Made by a program: the position numbers and the translations under genes
Assembly: GCA_950097015.1 (NCBI GenBank)
Contig: CATNEN010000003.1
Location: forward strand, 9,114,001 to 9,178,000
Length of the DNA: 64,000 nt
Origin: Macrostomum hystrix
Taxonomy: Eukaryota; Animalia; Platyhelminthes
Direction of reading: 5' to 3'
Notes under the pieces: model-generated
The model's database searches: none
Seen by the model: only the letters and a program-made list of their open reading frames with translations
What the model was told of the DNA's origin: nothing
Part shown: piece by piece, positions 60,881 through 64,000 of the stretch
Numbering within the stretch: position 1 is the first letter of the stretch
How the letters are laid out: every line of letters begins with the position of its first letter

Positions 60881-63800
60881 GTCATGTGCAACGGCCGGGC
60901 CATGACGACAAGCAGGCCTCCACGCCACTTGTTGCCGCACAAGTTTTTGGTTCCGACATTAAATTCATCGTTGACACTGGCGCTGAGAGATCTCTGCTCC
61001 CTCCAAGTTTCGTTCCGCTCAACCTCATATCTCCCTGTAACGTCCGCCTCCGAGGAGTCAGCGGTCACGAAATTCATCTGCATGGTCAATCGTCGGTCAC
61101 ATTCTCCATTAATGGCCTGCGGCGTATGTTTCGTGTCAATTTCATTATTGCTAACACGGCCCCTATACTCGGCTCGGATTTTTTGACTCAATACGAACTG
61201 CTTATCGACATGGGTTCCAGATGCATCCGCGACCCACTCACTTCCCTTTCCGCACCACTGTGTTTTGAACACACCAAAGGTTTTATACCTCCCTCTGTTC
61301 ATGTTGTTGCTGCCGCACCAGTTAGTCACGTTCTATTGCCGTTTCCTGATCTAACGGCTTCGCCCGATTACTCAGTCCTTCCTGCAACGCCAGTGACTCA
61401 TCAAATCATCACCACTGGAAAACCAGTATTCTGCAAACCTCGCCCACTGTCTCCTGCTAAGTATGCTGTTGCCAAAGCTGAATTTGACAAGCTCCTGCAA
61501 ATGGGCATCGTTCGCCCGTCTTCTAGTCCGTGGGCCTCACCGCTCCACATGGTCAAGAAGCCCGACGGATCTTGGCGACCGTGTGGAGACTACCGCGCCC
61601 TTAACAGCGTAACAACTCCCGACCGATATCCGTTGCCTCATCTTCGACATTTTCATCACCACTTACGAGGCAGCAATGTTTTCAGCAAACTGGATCTTGT
61701 CAAGGCATACCACTTCATTCCTATGGCTGAGGAGGACATTGCCAAAACCGCGATTTGCACCCCTTTTGGATCCTTTGAATACACGAGGATGCCATTCGGC
61801 CTGCGGAACTCCGGCAGTACATTTCAACGGTTCATCGACTCCCTTTTCCGTGGTCTGGATTGTGCAATCACGTATGTTGACGACGTCCTGATCCACAGCA
61901 AATCGGAGGAGGAGCACCACAGGGATGTGGAATCCGTTTTACAGAGACTGCGCCATGAAGGCTTGCGAGTAAATCCTGAAAAATGTCAATTTTTTCAAAA
62001 GGAAATTGAATTCCTCGGTCACCTAATCTCTGCCCAAGGCATTCAACCAATTCCATCTCGTCTAGACGCACTTCGCAAACTCTCACCTCCGCGCGATTTC
62101 AAGAGTCTACAGAGAATACTGGGTATGTTTGGTTTCTATCAACGTCACATTCCAAACTACGCCCACATTATTCAACCTCTTCGATCATTGAGTGATGACT
62201 CCTACGAGTGGACTGCTCACCACGATGCAGCTTTCCAGAAACTTAAGGATAGTTTATCCTCCGCTGTTACCCTCGCCTTTCCTGATCCTACAGCTACTTT
62301 CACCATAACGTCCGACGCCAGTTCTTTTGCGATTGGTGCCAGTCTTCATCAGGTAGTTGAAGGAAACTCCTCACCGATAGCGTTTTTCTCACGTAAGCTA
62401 ACAACTACCGAATGCTCATACAGCGCCTTCGACCGTGAGCTCCTGGCTGTGTTCGCTGCAGTAAAAACCTGGCGCCATCTCATTCATGGTCATCCGACAA
62501 CTGTGTTTTGCGACCACAAACCACTGATAGGCGCGTTCCATAGTACCAAAGAACGCCTCTCGGATCGACAGCAACGCCAATTATCCACCATCACGGAATA
62601 CGTCACGGAAATTGTACATATCCCGGGCACCAAAAACGTCGTTGCTGACACTCTGTCCCGCGATGTCACCGATACATACGCCGTCAATGTAATTGAAGAC
62701 GCAGACAACCCAATCATTCAACTACCTGCCGACCTCCCGGCAATCGCGCGAGCACAAAAAGAAATGGGAATAACTGGTGACCAGTTTAGTCCTTTTGACA
62801 TTGGTCTACTTGACTGTCCACTCTACTGCGAGACGTCACAACCCAATCCTCGCCCTTTCGTTCCGGAGAGTCTACGTCGGCAGATCGTCCTAGCTCTTCA
62901 CGAAATTTCACATGCTGGAGTCAAGGCACACTACGCCTAGTTGCCCATCGATTTTTTTGGCCATGTATGAAATCCGACGTACAGAATTGGACAGCTTCAT
63001 GTCTCCAGTGCCAAGCCGCCAAAGTTGGGCGCCACATTCAACGCCCACTTCATTTCCTACCGTGCCCCACACAGCGTTTTACGACTGTCCACATGGATTT
63101 AGTGGGACCACTTCCACCTCTGGAGCCCGACGACTTATCAACACCGCAGCCCCGCTACCTTCTTACCGTAATAGATTCATTTACTCGCTGGATTGAAGCC
63201 GTTCCGCTGCAAACCATTTCGGCTGCTGCAGTCGCACGTGCTTTTGTCGACCATTGGGTCTGTCGCTTTGGACCACCATTAACCCTGGTTACTGATCAAG
63301 GGACACAGTTTCGCTCAGAGCTGATGGCCGACCTGGTGACCCTTCTCGGTGTTCACCACATCCGCACCTCAGCTTACAATCCGAAGGCTAACGGAATGAT
63401 AGAACGCTCTCATCGCTCTCTCAAAGCCAGTCTTCGCGCACGAGGTCGTTCATGGCTATCTCAACTAAATGTCGTTCTTTTTGGTCTGCGCATTCATCCG
63501 GATGACACTGGTAACTCTCCCTTTTCTACCGTAACCGGCGAACAACCACTTGTTACGCCAGTCGTTACTGACGATTCCAACAATCGAAAACTCGCACAAA
63601 GCCTTCACAGTTTATTCTTCCCGTACCGACTGCCACGGACGCAGCATCGACCAGTTCACCTTCCGTCCGACCTATCAACCTGTGAATTTGCTTGGCTTCG
63701 ATTAGATCGCGTGAGAAAACCATTGGAAGCACCATATCAGGGCCCTTTCAAGGTCGTCCACCGTTCCGCTGACACAATGACCCTGGATATCAAGGGCAAA

Positions 63801-63971
63801 CCTCAAGTGGTATCAATCGAACGCATCAAACCGGCACGTCTGCCAGATCCTGCACCCCAGACGCGCTCAATGACCAATTCAAACCCTGTTATAAGCCCAG
63901 TTTTTCAAGTGCAACAACGCCCCATAAAACGCGTCCATTTTAATGACAATGTAACTGTTCTTACTCGTTGA
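60868..63971 (+). CDS. pol: Pol (PR-RT-RNaseH-IN) in the -1 frame; single 1-nt frameshift at ~62927
   Basis: Protease IVDTGA; RT LDLVKAY, MPFGL, YVDD; RNase H TSDAS, DRELLA, CDHKPL, NVVADTLSR; integrase HHCC and DDE (HMDLV, TDQG, NGMIERSH) with GPF motif. Frame break between HAGVKA and TLRLVAHRFFWP. Confidence 0.93.
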
Positions 63972-64000
63972 GGGGGGAGTGTTTGTAGCGTCTAAAACGA

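Larger units (their letters stand above)
59723..64000 (+). mobile_element. Ty3/Gypsy LTR retrotransposon, near intact
   Basis: 5' LTR 59723-59969 (TGTAGC...GCCACA). PBS TGGTAGCAGAG at 59972-59982 is complementary to the initiator tRNA-Met 3' end. gag-pol follows, then PPT GAGGGGGGAG at 63970-63979. The 3' LTR starts at 63984 and is identical to the 5' LTR for the 17 bp visible. Confidence 0.96.

Overview
Eukaryotic, intron-rich, minisatellite-dense animal DNA. The flatworm-type paramyosin, small GT-AG introns and many unrelated 18-44 bp tandem arrays suggest a free-living flatworm such as Macrostomum; this is inference, not verified. Genes reconstructed by hand from splice sites: the 5' part of SPT16 (-), a two-exon divergent TRPV-like channel (-), MKK4 (+), a TMUB-like gene (+), an SLC16/MCT transporter (-), an orphan zinc-ribbon/12-aa-repeat gene (+), an 11-exon paramyosin (-), and the first exon of a myristoylation-motif ankyrin gene (+). 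The ankyrin intron carries a near-intact Ty3/Gypsy element with an iMet PBS and a -1 frameshift signal. Decayed sequences: an F-type lectin + PAN-like gene with an inverted paralogous fragment, and mariner, Gypsy and LINE relics. The most notable relic is a frameshifted Mab-21/cGAS-like (cGLR-type) nucleotidyltransferase at ~54.1-54.95 kb whose catalytic motifs are hidden from the ORF track. Also present are two tRNA-derived SINE families, several MITEs (one only 40 bp long with a perfect 8-bp TSD) and about 20 tandem arrays. No searches were run; family calls come from motif recognition.
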